A stretch of DNA of 63,946 bases, filler included, from Perkinsus chesapeaki ATCC PRA-425 (Eukaryota > Protista > Perkinsozoa), in the NCBI GenBank assembly GCA_013115145.1. It is 5 parts of 5 records of this genome, joined end to end, with 100 filler letters (N's around TTAATTAATTAA, not from the genome) between each part and the next. Parts side by side here need not be neighbours in the genome. Positions count along the whole stretch, not along the records: positions 1 to 29,265 come from JAAPAO010000457.1; 4 more parts are not named here. The stretch is one strand, 5' to 3'. The position numbers and the translations under genes were made by a program. How positions within the stretch are numbered: position 1 is the first letter of the stretch; each line of letters starts with the position of its first letter. The notes beneath the pieces are model-generated. The model was not told the origin of the DNA, did not search any database, and saw nothing but the letters and a program-made list of their open reading frames with translations. Positions 1-11,567 of the stretch are shown here, piece by piece.

Positions 1-72
1 GCCTCAGCAGGTCCCTCGGTGGTAGCCTCAGCAGGTCCCTCGGTGGTAGCCTCAGCAGGTCCCTCGGTGGTA
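1..72 (-). repeat. 24-bp coding tandem repeat (TTEGPAEA), 3 copies visible
   Basis: gcctcagcaggtccctcggtggta repeated from position 1. Confidence 0.95.
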
Positions 73-1262
73 GAGCCAACGGGGCCTTCAGTAGGAGTGA
101 AATCGGTCATGGGTGGGACGGTTGTGTTATCCATTGGAGGATAAGGTGTCGTGGCGGTGAGGACGGAATGATCGAAGTTGAGCTCAATAGTCGAATCCTC
201 AACCCTGTAGGTATCATCAACGGTGTACATCGGGCTGTAATCACCAAAGACGCAGAAACCACCGCAGCCTTCATCGATCTTTGCCGTAGTTGACTGCATA
301 CCTCTTTGAACTCCTCTCCATTGAAGGATGAAAGGCAGACCGTGGGCCATAGCCTTCACACGATAACCGCGCATGTAACCGGAACGCTTCCTGATGGCAA
401 GAATGACATCACCGGAAGTTGCCCAAACAGGATCTCTCCTATCCGGTTGACTGGCGGAATACCAAGTCTTGTAATCATTATCAAAGACAACACAGTGAAG
501 CCTCTCATCACTGAATTGATGCATCAAATACCAAGCACCATCACCACCAGCAGAACCAAAACAAGGCACAGCCGTCTGTCCCCATGGAAGGTAAACATCA
601 GCACGAGCCTTTGCTGTTAGAGTGACATGATGGTAATCATGATCATCGCCTTCATAATGTTCTGGCTTGGGAGTAGTTGTGATCATCGCATCAGGATTGG
701 AATCATTCCCAGTTGCCATTTGAGGTTCAACAGGTAATGGCTTGAAGTGATAAGCGCTGATGTAAGCATTTCCCATACCATTATAGATCTTAACTGTTGG
801 GTTGTAACCAAACCAATGACCAAATGAACCACCATGGACATCAATGGTGAGATAACGGAAATCATCTTTGTTAACATTATAATCGCTCGTCTTGGCATAG
901 ACAGTCACATCAGTGGCGACGCTACCATACTCGTCCAACTTCAATTCACCCGAATATACACCAAGTTTACTAGTCTTGCGGGTATCGAAAAAATCACCCG
1001 GCATGATGTCGGTAATGGCAGGAGTTTCCTCCTTCATACCTTCACCAAAGGCATGATGTAACATATCATATATCATCTTCATCGGACCAGACTCATCGTT
1101 ATTATAGTCATCATCGGTTGGTGGTACTGGCATGGGCATCTCAGTAGGCATATATTCTTCTACAGTTGTATTCGGTGTAGTAGTAGACGGTGGGGTAGAA
1201 GGAGCGGATGTTTCAGCCACAGCGGTGAGCAGACCGGCGCAAATAATTGCAGACTTGAACAT
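1..1262 (-). CDS. Intronless secreted/surface mucin-like protein, 3' end beyond window edge (>420 aa)
   Basis: ATG at 1262 opens a stop-free frame to position 3: MFKSAIICAGLLTAVAETSAPSTPPSTTTP...GGSFGHWFGYNP...YLPWGQTAVPCFG...TTEGPAEA repeats. N-terminus looks like a signal peptide; Thr/Pro-rich ends flank an aromatic/Gly-rich core. Confidence 0.9.
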   Translation of the reverse strand, partial: MFKSAIICAGLLTAVAETSAPSTPPSTTTPNTTVEEYMPTEMPMPVPPTDDDYNNDESGPMKMIYDMLHHAFGEGMKEETPAITDIMPGDFFDTRKTSKLGVYSGELKLDEYGSVATDVTVYAKTSDYNVNKDDFRYLTIDVHGGSFGHWFGYNPTVKIYNGMGNAYISAYHFKPLPVEPQMATGNDSNPDAMITTTPKPEHYEGDDHDYHHVTLTAKARADVYLPWGQTAVPCFGSAGGDGAWYLMHQFSDERLHCVVFDNDYKTWYSASQPDRRDPVWATSGDVILAIRKRSGYMRGYRVKAMAHGLPFILQWRGVQRGMQSTTAKIDEGCGGFCVFGDYSPMYTVDDTYRVEDSTIELNFDHSVLTATTPYPPMDNTTVPPMTDFTPTEGPVGSTTEGPAEATTEGPAEATTEGPAE

Positions 1263-1821
1263 TACGGTTGAAAAAATGCAAAACCTGATGAGAGGAAAGT
1301 CTCTGCTACAGTGGATAACTATAGTGGACACTTGCATCGCTGGGCCAGGGAGTTCATTACCAGGGAGTTTCAGGTTGCTCCTGACGGTTTCAGATACCTC
1401 TACGTATCTCGCTCGCCAAGATATACTTGTAACTTCGGATACTCACAACTATGAAGACTCTTAGCATGATCTGTAACATTGAATGCTGCACGAACTTGTC
1501 ACCCAAAAACTATAATAAGAACTTCATAACGAATCTGAGCCTCGAACACAAATCTTGTCGCGTCGAATCAGCACTTTATGCTACCCTGTATCCTTCACCG
1601 AGTACTGTCTCTTCATGGGCTACGTATTCGTAGCAGTAGCTACTCAACCAGAATGTATTCGTGTCACGTACCATTTAAATACCGGCTGGCTAGAGAACGA
1701 TTATTGAACAATTGAACGATCAGTAAAATGATAACAGCTTCTATAATGCCTATTACCATCCTAATACGGTAATATGCCCGCTCTGCACTGTTAACACAAG
1801 CCAGGAAAGCAAAGAGCAGAA

Positions 1822-4201
1822 CTAGCGTGAGCTCATGGGGTAAGACTGTTGGCCGCTTTCAAGTCCAATAGTGCTCTTGCCGACTTCTTCAACGAAATCG
1901 CTCGATGCCAACATCAACTCTCGCAGTGTAGAGCCTTTGGGTCTTGGAGGAATGCTAGGTCGTGCCTAAGTCAAAGCCTCCTCCCTTTCAAACGCACTTC
2001 GGACTCACCGCAAGTTTGGAGCCCTCTGAACTCGACGGCGCTTCGCTCGCGCTGGAAGCCTGCGAGCTAAGCCGAAGCTTGTCACTCTTCTTTGAAGCAT
2101 AAATGACGTCATGTTGTCGAGGCGGGTGTGCCACAAGAATTCCCCCATCCTAAAGCTCTTTGTGAACAGTATGTCTCAAGAAACAGCTCACTCCAGTAAC
2201 TGACGGAGGTCGAGCAGCGTCGAAGCCTCCTGGCATCATCTCTGACCTTGGACCCAGCCTGTCACTGACGGCCGCCGGAATAACATCGATCGTTCCTCCT
2301 ACTGTGATAGGGGCAGTAACCTGATCGTCGACTAGTGAAGGACCGTGCGGGGACACTGGAGCTGTTACTGTCGCAGGCAGGCGAGCCTCAAGCCATTTCC
2401 GTGCTATCTCAGGCTCATAGGAAGCCCCTTCAAGGATGAACGGTACAAGGAATTCTCGACCCTTCTCGTAGTTGGCGCGCGCCACGAGATAGTCGCCCAT
2501 CGGAAGACAGATGCGTTGATGAAGATGGAATGCTGCAGTCCACTCGAGGAACATTAGGTTGCTCAGAACCTTCGAAGGGAGATGCTTTGACTCGCATTCC
2601 ACTTGCACGTTTACTTCTCTCCGTATCGACTCGAGCACCTCCGTTCTCTGTCGTCTGATTTGAGTGGAACGGTGGAGCAACTCCTCGACGTGCTTGTCAA
2701 GCGAATCTCGAACTTCTGTGAAGTTCGCTCTGACTGCTAGCATTCTTTTATGGAGAATTTCCAACGTCTCCACTAGTTGTTGGGGGAGGCTGTCCGACGG
2801 TTGAAGGGGCGGCGACGCTCTGAGCGAAAGGGAGGGATAACAATCCTAGCCAAGTGGCAGATTCCATTATCAGCTTTGGGCCTTCCCCGGTTTCACGATA
2901 TCTATTGTCCTATTCGCCATACTTATTTTTGCCCGTGTACACCCCGCATCTAGAGATGTCGCGTACTGTGGTTCAAGTGTATTATATAACCAAGGGACAT
3001 GTAAGATACATTCATTATTTCTTTACATAATTTTGCAGCTCGTTTTATGCTCGGCACTATTTTAGCCGAGAATATGTCACCCACCTGAAGGCATCAATCG
3101 TCGATATTAGGTTGTGATCTGGTGGATGGTCAGCGAGCAGAATGCAGTGATTACACATCAACTTGGCACAATCGAGGCAGACACTTTCAATCAATTCTGG
3201 AGGATGCTCCGGACACTCTCCGAATTGAAAAGGCGAATGGCACAAAGGAACTCGAGTGTGTCGCAGCAACAGCGCCGACACTGAGTGATGAGATGCGTCA
3301 CAGGCGTCACAGAAATGGGCGCGATCAGCTGGGCAGTAGACTGTTGCATCTGATATACCGCAAACGTCGCAAACCTACCAAGCGTAACACATCAGCAGTT
3401 TCAGGTCCAACCATCAAGAGCAAAGAAGTGATGTACGAGGATATTGAAACGAAGGCTTTCACCTATCAAGGCGATAGGCAGCAGTACACTAGACCGCGAT
3501 GAAGCAGTGCGAGTGAAGCGGCTGTATGACAGAGCTGAGTAAGTGGATTTTCACGAGGCATCTCCTTATATCTATTCAGCGTAAATCCGGGTACAGGTCG
3601 TTGAACCGATGCTCGGTATTATAATAATTATGGAGTAGGCCAATTCAACAGAGGCTTTGTTTGACTTATTTCCATAACCTCACCATTTCAGGTGGTCCAT
3701 CATCAGTATCAGGGTTCTCCATTATACGTAGCATCCGTTGCCAGTACGATGCCCACTCCGGTTTGGCTGCCAACGAGGGTGGCATCGGAGGTGCAGGTCG
3801 CCGGCCAGTAGCGTTTTTCATCGCCGACAGACTATTCACGCGCGCCACGAAATTAACAACACAACAACAGCATGTATAAATGACATATGATGCTCTAGTG
3901 AAAATAATAACGACTATCGTTGCGGACTCGGAAAACAATGACTCAGAGCTTAGATTTCGGACCGCCAGAGAGGACCAAGGCGACGACATCCTTCGGGCTC
4001 TTGGAGGCGTCCAGCGCTACCTTCATGTCAACCTTAGGAAGTAACTAAAACAAAAGGATCAACGAGATTCCTACCGACCACAGGTTGCAAAAAACTTGTC
4101 GAGAACACAAGTCTACGAATGACCGTCATCAAGTAGGTTGAAAAGAAATAAAGAATGCGAATTCTCAAGATCGACTTGCTGGACTCGGGGATTTTGAGAC
4201 A
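1822..4201 (-). CDS. Tandem B-box zinc finger plus coiled-coil protein (multi-exon; 5' end uncertain)
   Basis: Exon ~3086-3370 reads VCDVCGISDATVYCPADRAHFCDACDASHH...RHTRVPL (B-box 1 type) then CPEHPPELIESVCLDCAKLMCNHC..H..DH (B-box 2). Helical charged exon at 2150-2773. Confidence 0.8.
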
Positions 4202-4399
4202 TTATAAGAACGTGAGTTTCACGTAGTCGCTATCTGGGAATGGTTAAAGTAATCAAAACGAAAGAGGTAACTTAGAGCGTCATGTTTTCCAAGAAGGACA
4301 AGTGGTGTGTAAATGGAAGGAGCTATTGCTTGGTGCAGGAATGCACTCTACAAGAGACAACGCCTATCATTTACAGTAGACTCAGAAACAAGAACATAT

Positions 4400-4855
4400 A
4401 GTATTGCAAACGCTACATCAGGAGTAAACTTCATAGCCTTCCCCAAGTCTCCCTTAATCTTCAGCTTTCCGGTCATAAACGCCATCTGAGGGTTCAACTT
4501 ATTCGCCGCCAACTGCACGAAATCTTTATCGGAGAGCTGGAAGAGGCAATCCCCTCCGCCCTGATCAACATCACACTCTAGCCATTCAGCAAATCCGTGG
4601 TACCTCCTCTGTGGTGCACTTGCCAGGCTTGCTCTTCAGATCAATGGTCCACTTCTTCGACTCACCCGAACCAACTTTTTGAGGGAATATCTCAAATGTG
4701 TAGGTGGCCTTGACCTTATCGACAAGTCCTTCGCCTGGCGCCGACTCGTGATTGAAAAACCTGGACGCAAAAAATGCAAACCTTTTGTCGATCAAACGAA
4801 AACTGCGGTCGATCGAATTGAGACTTTTGCCGGAATTTCGGATCTCCTTACTCAT
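4400..4855 (-). CDS. SCP2: Stand-alone SCP2 sterol/lipid carrier domain protein
   Basis: Exons give [16 protein letters not shown]...[10 protein letters not shown] and [46 protein letters not shown], the SCP2 signature ([16 protein letters not shown]). Exact ends uncertain. Confidence 0.9.
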
Positions 4856-5019
4856 CGAAAATAGCAAAGAGCTTCTCGGCCTGCATCCTAAAGAGAATAA
4901 GATGACCAACAAATCTGGCAGGAACGAGTAAAAGCCAACCCAAGTAACGCAAAGCTGAAGAAGAAGACAATACATTCACTTAAGCGAAACGGCACGACCA
5001 TGCATACGACATGCCACTA

Positions 5020-6230
5020 GAAATCATAGTTGTTCTGTGATGCTGGACTCTGAGACCAGGAACTTGTCCCAAGGGTTAAACAGGCGCCTCTCACTTCACC
5101 GCTGCGGCGCTCCTCGGGAAAACCAGTGTCCTCAATAATCTCCACATCTTCACCAGAAGAAGACCCTCCTCCTGAGCACGCCACTTCCGAAAATTAATCA
5201 AGTCAACTCACCCAAGCTGATCAGAGTTTCTGCGTCACCGTCGCTTTCCACGATGATGTCCTCATCTTGGTCTTCGCCTGCCTGCGCCGCATCACCGGCG
5301 ACCAGGTTCAGGGTGGACGAAGAACCGATCTGCGACACGGGGCTTCGGAAGTGGAAAGTCCTTCCCTCTTCCTCAGTCGACCCTCTGCGTTTTTCTCCCC
5401 AGATAGGTAGCAGAAAGCAATCAGAGGTTCACAGAACAATTTCAGCAACGATGTCGACTTATAATATTAATAATATAATATTCGATGACGATAGATGCGG
5501 CGAGCGTACCAGGCCTTCTTCCGGTCTGGAGCCGATCGATACGATCCCATCAGAGGCTGAATCGATGAACTCGGGCTCGTCAAAGTCGGCGGGCATGTTA
5601 GCTCCCGTTGATGGTCCAAACCTAGAAATAAAAAGTGGTTCACGCGCCACGAAACAAGGAGACGCGATACTTAAGCAGCATGCCGATGATCGCGGCATTT
5701 TCAGAGTGGGGCCAAAGTAAGGCGCGACTTCCGTTCACTCCACCAGGCGCCAGACTCACAGCGATTTGCGCACTCGGAAAAATATCTTCTTCCGGCAGCA
5801 CAATACTTGGAGCACCCGAATTGAATAACTCACTCGTCGTGTTCCATCTGTCTGAACCCCTCCTGCATTCTCTCGTTCTGCTGCCTAATTCTGGATCCTC
5901 GCCTTCCACCGTCTCTGAAGTTCCTATCTCGGGACATCGGCCTGGCAAACAGTGGCAACTTGGACACATCGAAGAAGATACCGAGATCACTTGGGTGATA
6001 AATTTCGAAGACTAAGCATCCAAGAAGGACCGAGCGAAGCACTCGCACTATTAGACAGAGAGGTCAGAGGAAAGTCACTGAAAAGATTTCCTTGAAATAG
6101 TTGCTATATGGACAACCTCGATCATGGGCGGTGAAGAGGACAAAAAATCGTCCTGAGAAATCAAGCACTGGACACAGTCGATAGTGGCAAAGATTAATAT
6201 TCACGTCCTCGTCGTCTACAAACTGCATAG
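5020..6230 (-). CDS. Hypothetical multi-exon protein with acidic low-complexity C-terminus
   Basis: GT-AG bounded segments reading FEIYHPSDLGIFFDVSKLPLFARPMSRDR..., ADFDEPEFIDSASDG..., GEDQDEDIIVESDGDAETL, GEDVEIIEDTGFPEE; no family recognised. Confidence 0.5.
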
Positions 6231-6559
6231 AGTTCAACTGCCAGAGAGAGAGCGCTACCTCTGGGCCTCGGTAGCGTATTGATTATGGTCTATAATAGGC
6301 ATGTTACTGCTCGTGTCCATGTCACCACGAAGGAGCTTCCACTCCTAAAACAGGGACAACCCAATCAGGATCACCGACTACACTCGCCAGCTTTGAAAAC
6401 TTATTTGTTTGTTGGCACAGGAATCAAGGCGATATGACGGCAAACCCGGCCATTCAACAGTCTCTTACCGAGACTGGCAGAGCGCCTTGAGGAAGATGAG
6501 GCGACCTTATCGCTCTTTCAATGACTAGCGTTCAAGAATAGATAATCACATATGGAGAT

Positions 6560-8119
6560 TCCGGCTTTTATTGATGCACACCGAGTAAGTTTCCCTTGGA
6601 GTACTGATATCAGCTTGGAGTGAAGTATCAAATTTCAGTAATGGAGTTTAGAAATAGTAACAGTAATAGGTTCAAAGCTGACAAGGCTTCCTACCTCGTC
6701 TCTTAACTTCTTCTGCAAGGCCTTAAGCCTCCTCTCTTGCTCTTCAAACCTTTCTTGCTCCTCCTTGTTAATGACATCGAGTTCTTTCTCCAAATAATCC
6801 AGATTCCGGAACCGGTCCACGTATGCCTCATATAGCCTGATCGCCAGCTTCACCAGGGCCGACTGCGGCTCCTACTGCTCCAGATACTCCTGCAGCTCTT
6901 CGAATTCGTCCATGAACGCCGGCCGGACTTTACGCAATCCCTAAGATTCTCTTGCTCGCGATAGGCGACCTCGAAATTTTCCTCATCGGGGAGCCACGAC
7001 GACAACAACAACCCGTTTCCGTTTTAGGGGCGGAAAAAATCTCCAGAAATTTCCGAAATTTTCCTCCCTCGTAGAAGCGTGGCGATCACATGCCTATACT
7101 GGAACAGGTTGGGAAAAGACAACTTGCAGGGCACCTACCTCTAAACGCTTCGAGGTGCGCTCGAGCTCCACTTGCTTCTTTTTAACCTGAAAGATACCAC
7201 GATGGATTCATCCACACAGTGAGCTTCGCATATCTCCTCTTCGAGTGCGGCCTTGTCCTCCCTCAGCTCCTTACACAACTCAGAGATCCTCCTGGAGGAT
7301 TGAGATTGGTTGTTCAATAAGCTCGTGAGCTGATGACGAAATAAAGAAACAAACATAAAGAGGCACAATAAAATATTAAACAGGGAGCATGCACCAACTC
7401 ACTTGTCGCTCAACATTCGTCTGTTCCTTCTCTGAGTTAAGATTTCGGCTTATCCCCTCGAGGAACTTAACAGCCTTCTGTCGAGCTAACTTCACCTAAA
7501 TTCCAAGACGGCGCAGCTCTCTGAGATGCAATCCTACCCCGCCAGAAGATTCAGTATTAGTTTCGGCTCCGAGAAGTAGATGGAGTTTGGCACCTGTCAA
7601 CTTGACCCTGAAATATCTTTCAGTTCGGTCATCCTCAATCGACGAGAAATGATCGCAATTGCAGATCTCCTCAAGTACGTCCTCGACAGATCTCACCTGC
7701 TTCGAGTATCTCGCTTGATAGGAAGCTCATCGGTCTGAGGTCTTCTCCAACCGCCGAGGCCATACTGGACTTCACTGCTGCTGTGGACGCACCATCCTCC
7801 AAGGGACGGTCTCCGCTGCCGAAATTAGAGGCGAGTCTCCGAGCCCGACAGAGATACCGGGCAACCTGGTGTCAATTTCGCGGCGCGTGACTAATACCTT
7901 ACCTTGAGTAGTTCTTTCACCGCATAGCTATCAGCCCCATAAAGCTTTCTTGCATTCATTCTGATATTTGCCGACCGACTCGCCGCCTGGGGAGACAGAC
8001 CGGACCAAGTCTTCTTCAGCAGCATCAGCAGCAGTCCTACCGCGACCGCTTGCGTGATGAAATCCACTCTATGCGCTTCCGTCTCAATGTCTTCCGGAAG
8101 AGTGATTTCCCCATCGAGC
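6560..8119 (-). CDS. CLUAP1: Clusterin-associated protein 1 / IFT38 (intraflagellar transport complex B); 5' exons not found
   Basis: Exons LDGEITLPEDIETEAHRVDFI, IRMNARKLYGADSYAVKELLKV, VRPAFMDEFE, AYVDRFRNLDYLEKELDVINKEEQERFEE...QKKLRDE match conserved CLUAP1 blocks in order. Confidence 0.9.
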
Positions 8120-8259
8120 CTGAATAATAGTTTATTATAATTCATTTCGAGAGGTTGTCGAGCTTGCGCATGCGTGCAAGAATGTCTACGTGCAAATTTA
8201 GATGCCAATTCGATCGTTTAAAAGATATACAATAACTAAAACCTTTTAATAATTCTAGA

Positions 8260-9555
8260 CTAATAGCAGCCATACGAGTCACTGGTAGGGCGCATCTTAT
8301 CGAGCAAACTGATGACAGTTCCGATCGACTTTCTCATTAAAGACCATCTACTGTACCGACGATCACAGTCGAGGAGCAGTGCTGGAAGATACTCCTACAC
8401 CGACGCGAGCTGCCCAGAAAACCTTGATGAAATTTTACAATTCTCTTCGACATTTGTACGTTGCCGAATTAAAAGCATATTTCCTGCGACGAATAGAGGA
8501 GGAGACTGCCGAGCTGAAGACTAACAGACTGAAGATTCAACTTCTCCAACAATGAAGATAAAAAATATATAAATCTAATGCGTTGAAGTAGAACGAACTA
8601 GTAGCATATATAGAACACACTGTAGATTGATTAATAATGAACGATCAAGGAGCCATTGAATTTGGAAAAGGTACGCACTTGGCGACTACCAGACATGTAA
8701 AAGGCAAGTAATAAGTAATAATAATGAACCAAGTGTGACGCCACCACTGCTCGGATTCGTAACCGCAATTAAGGTTGTTTTACCGCGATATAAGCCAATC
8801 GATAAGCTCAGCTGTAAGCTCAAAATTAGGGTCTTTGAAGTTCGATAAAGATACCACACGGTGGAAGCCCAGAGTTCGTAGACATTCGCAGAACTCGCGG
8901 ACTTCTCGAAATGACATTCGAAAATCAAGCGATAATTCGAGCTTTTACTGACAACACAACTCCTGCACAGCAGAGACTGCCGTAGCCTTATCGACAAATG
9001 AGAACAGCGATGATGAACGGTCAGATAGAGCGAGTGCCTTGACGAGTACAAAATCTGGAATACAAAGAACAACAACGCAGACCGTAAGTGTGCATAATAA
9101 TAATGAACTAACACTGAGTTTAAATGAATAATAATACACTCTTATTAAGAAGATCTCTTGTGAAGATGAGGTAATAGTGCAGCAGCAGCAGTGTCATCAG
9201 TGGACCGAATACTATCCGGTATCTTGAGCTTGGGCAATGACTCTAGGCTTTCCCACAACTCAGAGCTTGAAGATGGCGAACTCGACGAACTTGTTAGTTG
9301 CCTTTCGACCTAATATTCGAAATAGGAAGAGTACGGAGTTAGCCTTGTACGAATCATGGGATAACACAGAGAATCACAAGTGAGTGGATTGCTCCGCGGT
9401 TTAAACGAATCCGGGGAGGAGGCGAGGAGGTCACTAGAGAGATTCCAGCCAGCGCTTTCTAACGGTGTCCTTGATTTCCAGACATTCTGCCAGTGCGCTG
9501 AGATATCCATAACAAAGTCCCCAAAGACTTCAACCAAGAATCCACGCAACTCCAA
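8260..9555 (-). CDS. Hypothetical multi-exon protein
   Basis: Open spliceable segments DISAHWQNVWKSRTPLES, ELWESLESLPKLKIPDS, DFVLVKALALSDRSS, NVYELWASTVWYLYRTSK, EYLPALLLDCDRRYSRW...GCY*. Confidence 0.45.
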
Positions 9556-9959
9556 CTATTGTAACTATTGTGGCTCAAGGTGGAACTTTAAACATCCGTT
9601 TCCAATGAAATAGAATACTCTCGAAGTTGTGCTAGGAAAGTGCTGCAGACATGATCTAGTGTGTTTGATCATTTCCCTTTTTGTTTCAGAAGCTCATACT
9701 CCACGCTGAAAGCCCTGAGATTGCCAGAGCAATTTCCAATTTTCTAAAATCTTCGTTCTCTATATACGGAGTTTCTCACAGGCCGAGGAAATGGCCTATA
9801 AGTCCTTGAAAAAGACTTTATTTCCATTAGGGATGGATCAACCATCAACTTCACCACCGTCTAACTTCAATCGACTGTTACATGACTAATCAAAGATATA
9901 TTAAACTTAATATATGCCAGATGCACTGAGACTGCTACACACATGCCCCTTCAACATAA

Positions 9960-11500
9960 CCCTCAACGGAGCCTCTGACTCACCTCAGTCAAAGGAGGCA
10001 TCAGATACTGCCCCGAGCTCGGAAGCTTCTTCGACGTCACATCTTCCACTTTCACAGAACCTACGCCGAACAACATCGCCTCAACCAGCTGGCAATAAAT
10101 CTACTTACTCTTATCATCCAAGTGTGCCAACGTTGGTAACGTTGTGCTATGGGATACAACCTAATAAGTGACGATACAAAACAGCCAACGCTGTACTCGA
10201 GCTGGCTCACACTCCTCTTGCCAAGCGCTCGATCGGCGTGGCGAGTCGGACTAACTTCCGAGTCCGAAAATGAGATACTATCATCAGTCGGCCATCGCTG
10301 CAACGTTGCCGTTGACTAAAAACGCGTTGAGGAAATGCAAGATAGCAAGATTCTCCGGCGCTCACTTGGCTTGCCTTTGCTCCGTTGTCTACCTTCTCAG
10401 AATCTTCGCTTAAAGTCGCCAGAGTGTTCAAATTTCCTTTGCCGTTGAAACCAAAGTTTGTCCTTCGCGCAAGACTTGGTACGGCAGGTGTTCCAGGACG
10501 CTCCACTTGTAATTCTGAAGGACCAAATCGATCTGGAATAACCGCAGATCCTACTGCTGAGAAGATCTTCGTTACATGACAGAGCCAAGCCGCAGGATGA
10601 AGGGGATGTAGGTTCGCTTTGAGTTATCAAACTTGGACCTGAGCGACATCTCGAAATATCTTTTGCACGCATGCGCAAATAAGCATCAAGTACAACTGTA
10701 AATGCCGCAGACATCGAAGACCTAGTTGTAGGTTTCGACAGTGGCACAGCGCGGCGCTCAACTTCATACACTAATACTTGACCATTTCAATACACACCCA
10801 TAAAAAGATTCCTATTCTATCACTGTTCGATAAAAACCTATACACCCAAATCTTCCTTATATTATTTCAACTCCCCAACGAGCCGAATCAGCGCATCATG
10901 CTTACCACACCAACTTTGGCATCGTTTGCGACACCTCCGCTTAAACCTTCTCCGTCGGCTCGCCAGACTTCCTCGTGAGTCCTGCCGATGCCTTCGCTGC
11001 CCGTCCTCATTACATGCTGGAAGACATTCAGGCCTGGCAAGGATCGAACGACTTCCGATTCAGCCTCGAACAATCTGCTAACTCTCCTCGGTTGCATACT
11101 GTAATGCCCGCAGAGGAGATACGGGTCCATGAAAGGGAGAAATAGATTCCGCGAAATCTACTAATCTTCCTCCGTCCGAAGCGAAGGAAAGTACCGCTGA
11201 AAGGCCATCGAAGGGAATGTAGATTTCGTGGAATTAGCGCCGTCGAACAGTCTGCCCGCTGCCTTCCACATTTATGGCGATTTCCTCACAGAATCGCTAT
11301 AGGTTAATATACTTTTTAATCCGATAAGATCTGCCAGAATTGAGACTCCTCGGATTTTTTGGCCCGATTTTTCCTCGCCACCAACAGAGGTGATCAACTC
11401 GTCCACTAAGCTCCCTTACGCGCTGCTGACTTCGCCATCCGAGCTCTCAGAATCACTTGAGGACGATTCATCTTTAATCATTGCAATTGCCTGAAGTAGT
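9960..11500 (-). CDS. Hypothetical Ser/Pro/Arg-rich multi-exon protein
   Basis: Chain of minus-strand ORFs (10888-11130, 10397-10771, 10207-10506, 10061-10303) separated by GT-AG segments. Confidence 0.4.
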
Positions 11501-11567
11501 GTGACATTGAACACATAATGGATGAAAATGATTCATAATAATGTAATATAATGCAGAGCGCTCGAGC

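Noticed and set aside
306-1464. Plus-strand ORFs 306-620, 834-1061 and 1132-1464
   Set aside because: Shadow frames opposite the long minus-strand ORF.
9555-9582. Possible spliced-leader remnant (TGGCTCAAG followed by GT)
   Set aside because: Only 9 nt match the Perkinsus/dinoflagellate SL 3' end; the upstream CCGTAGCCAT part is absent.
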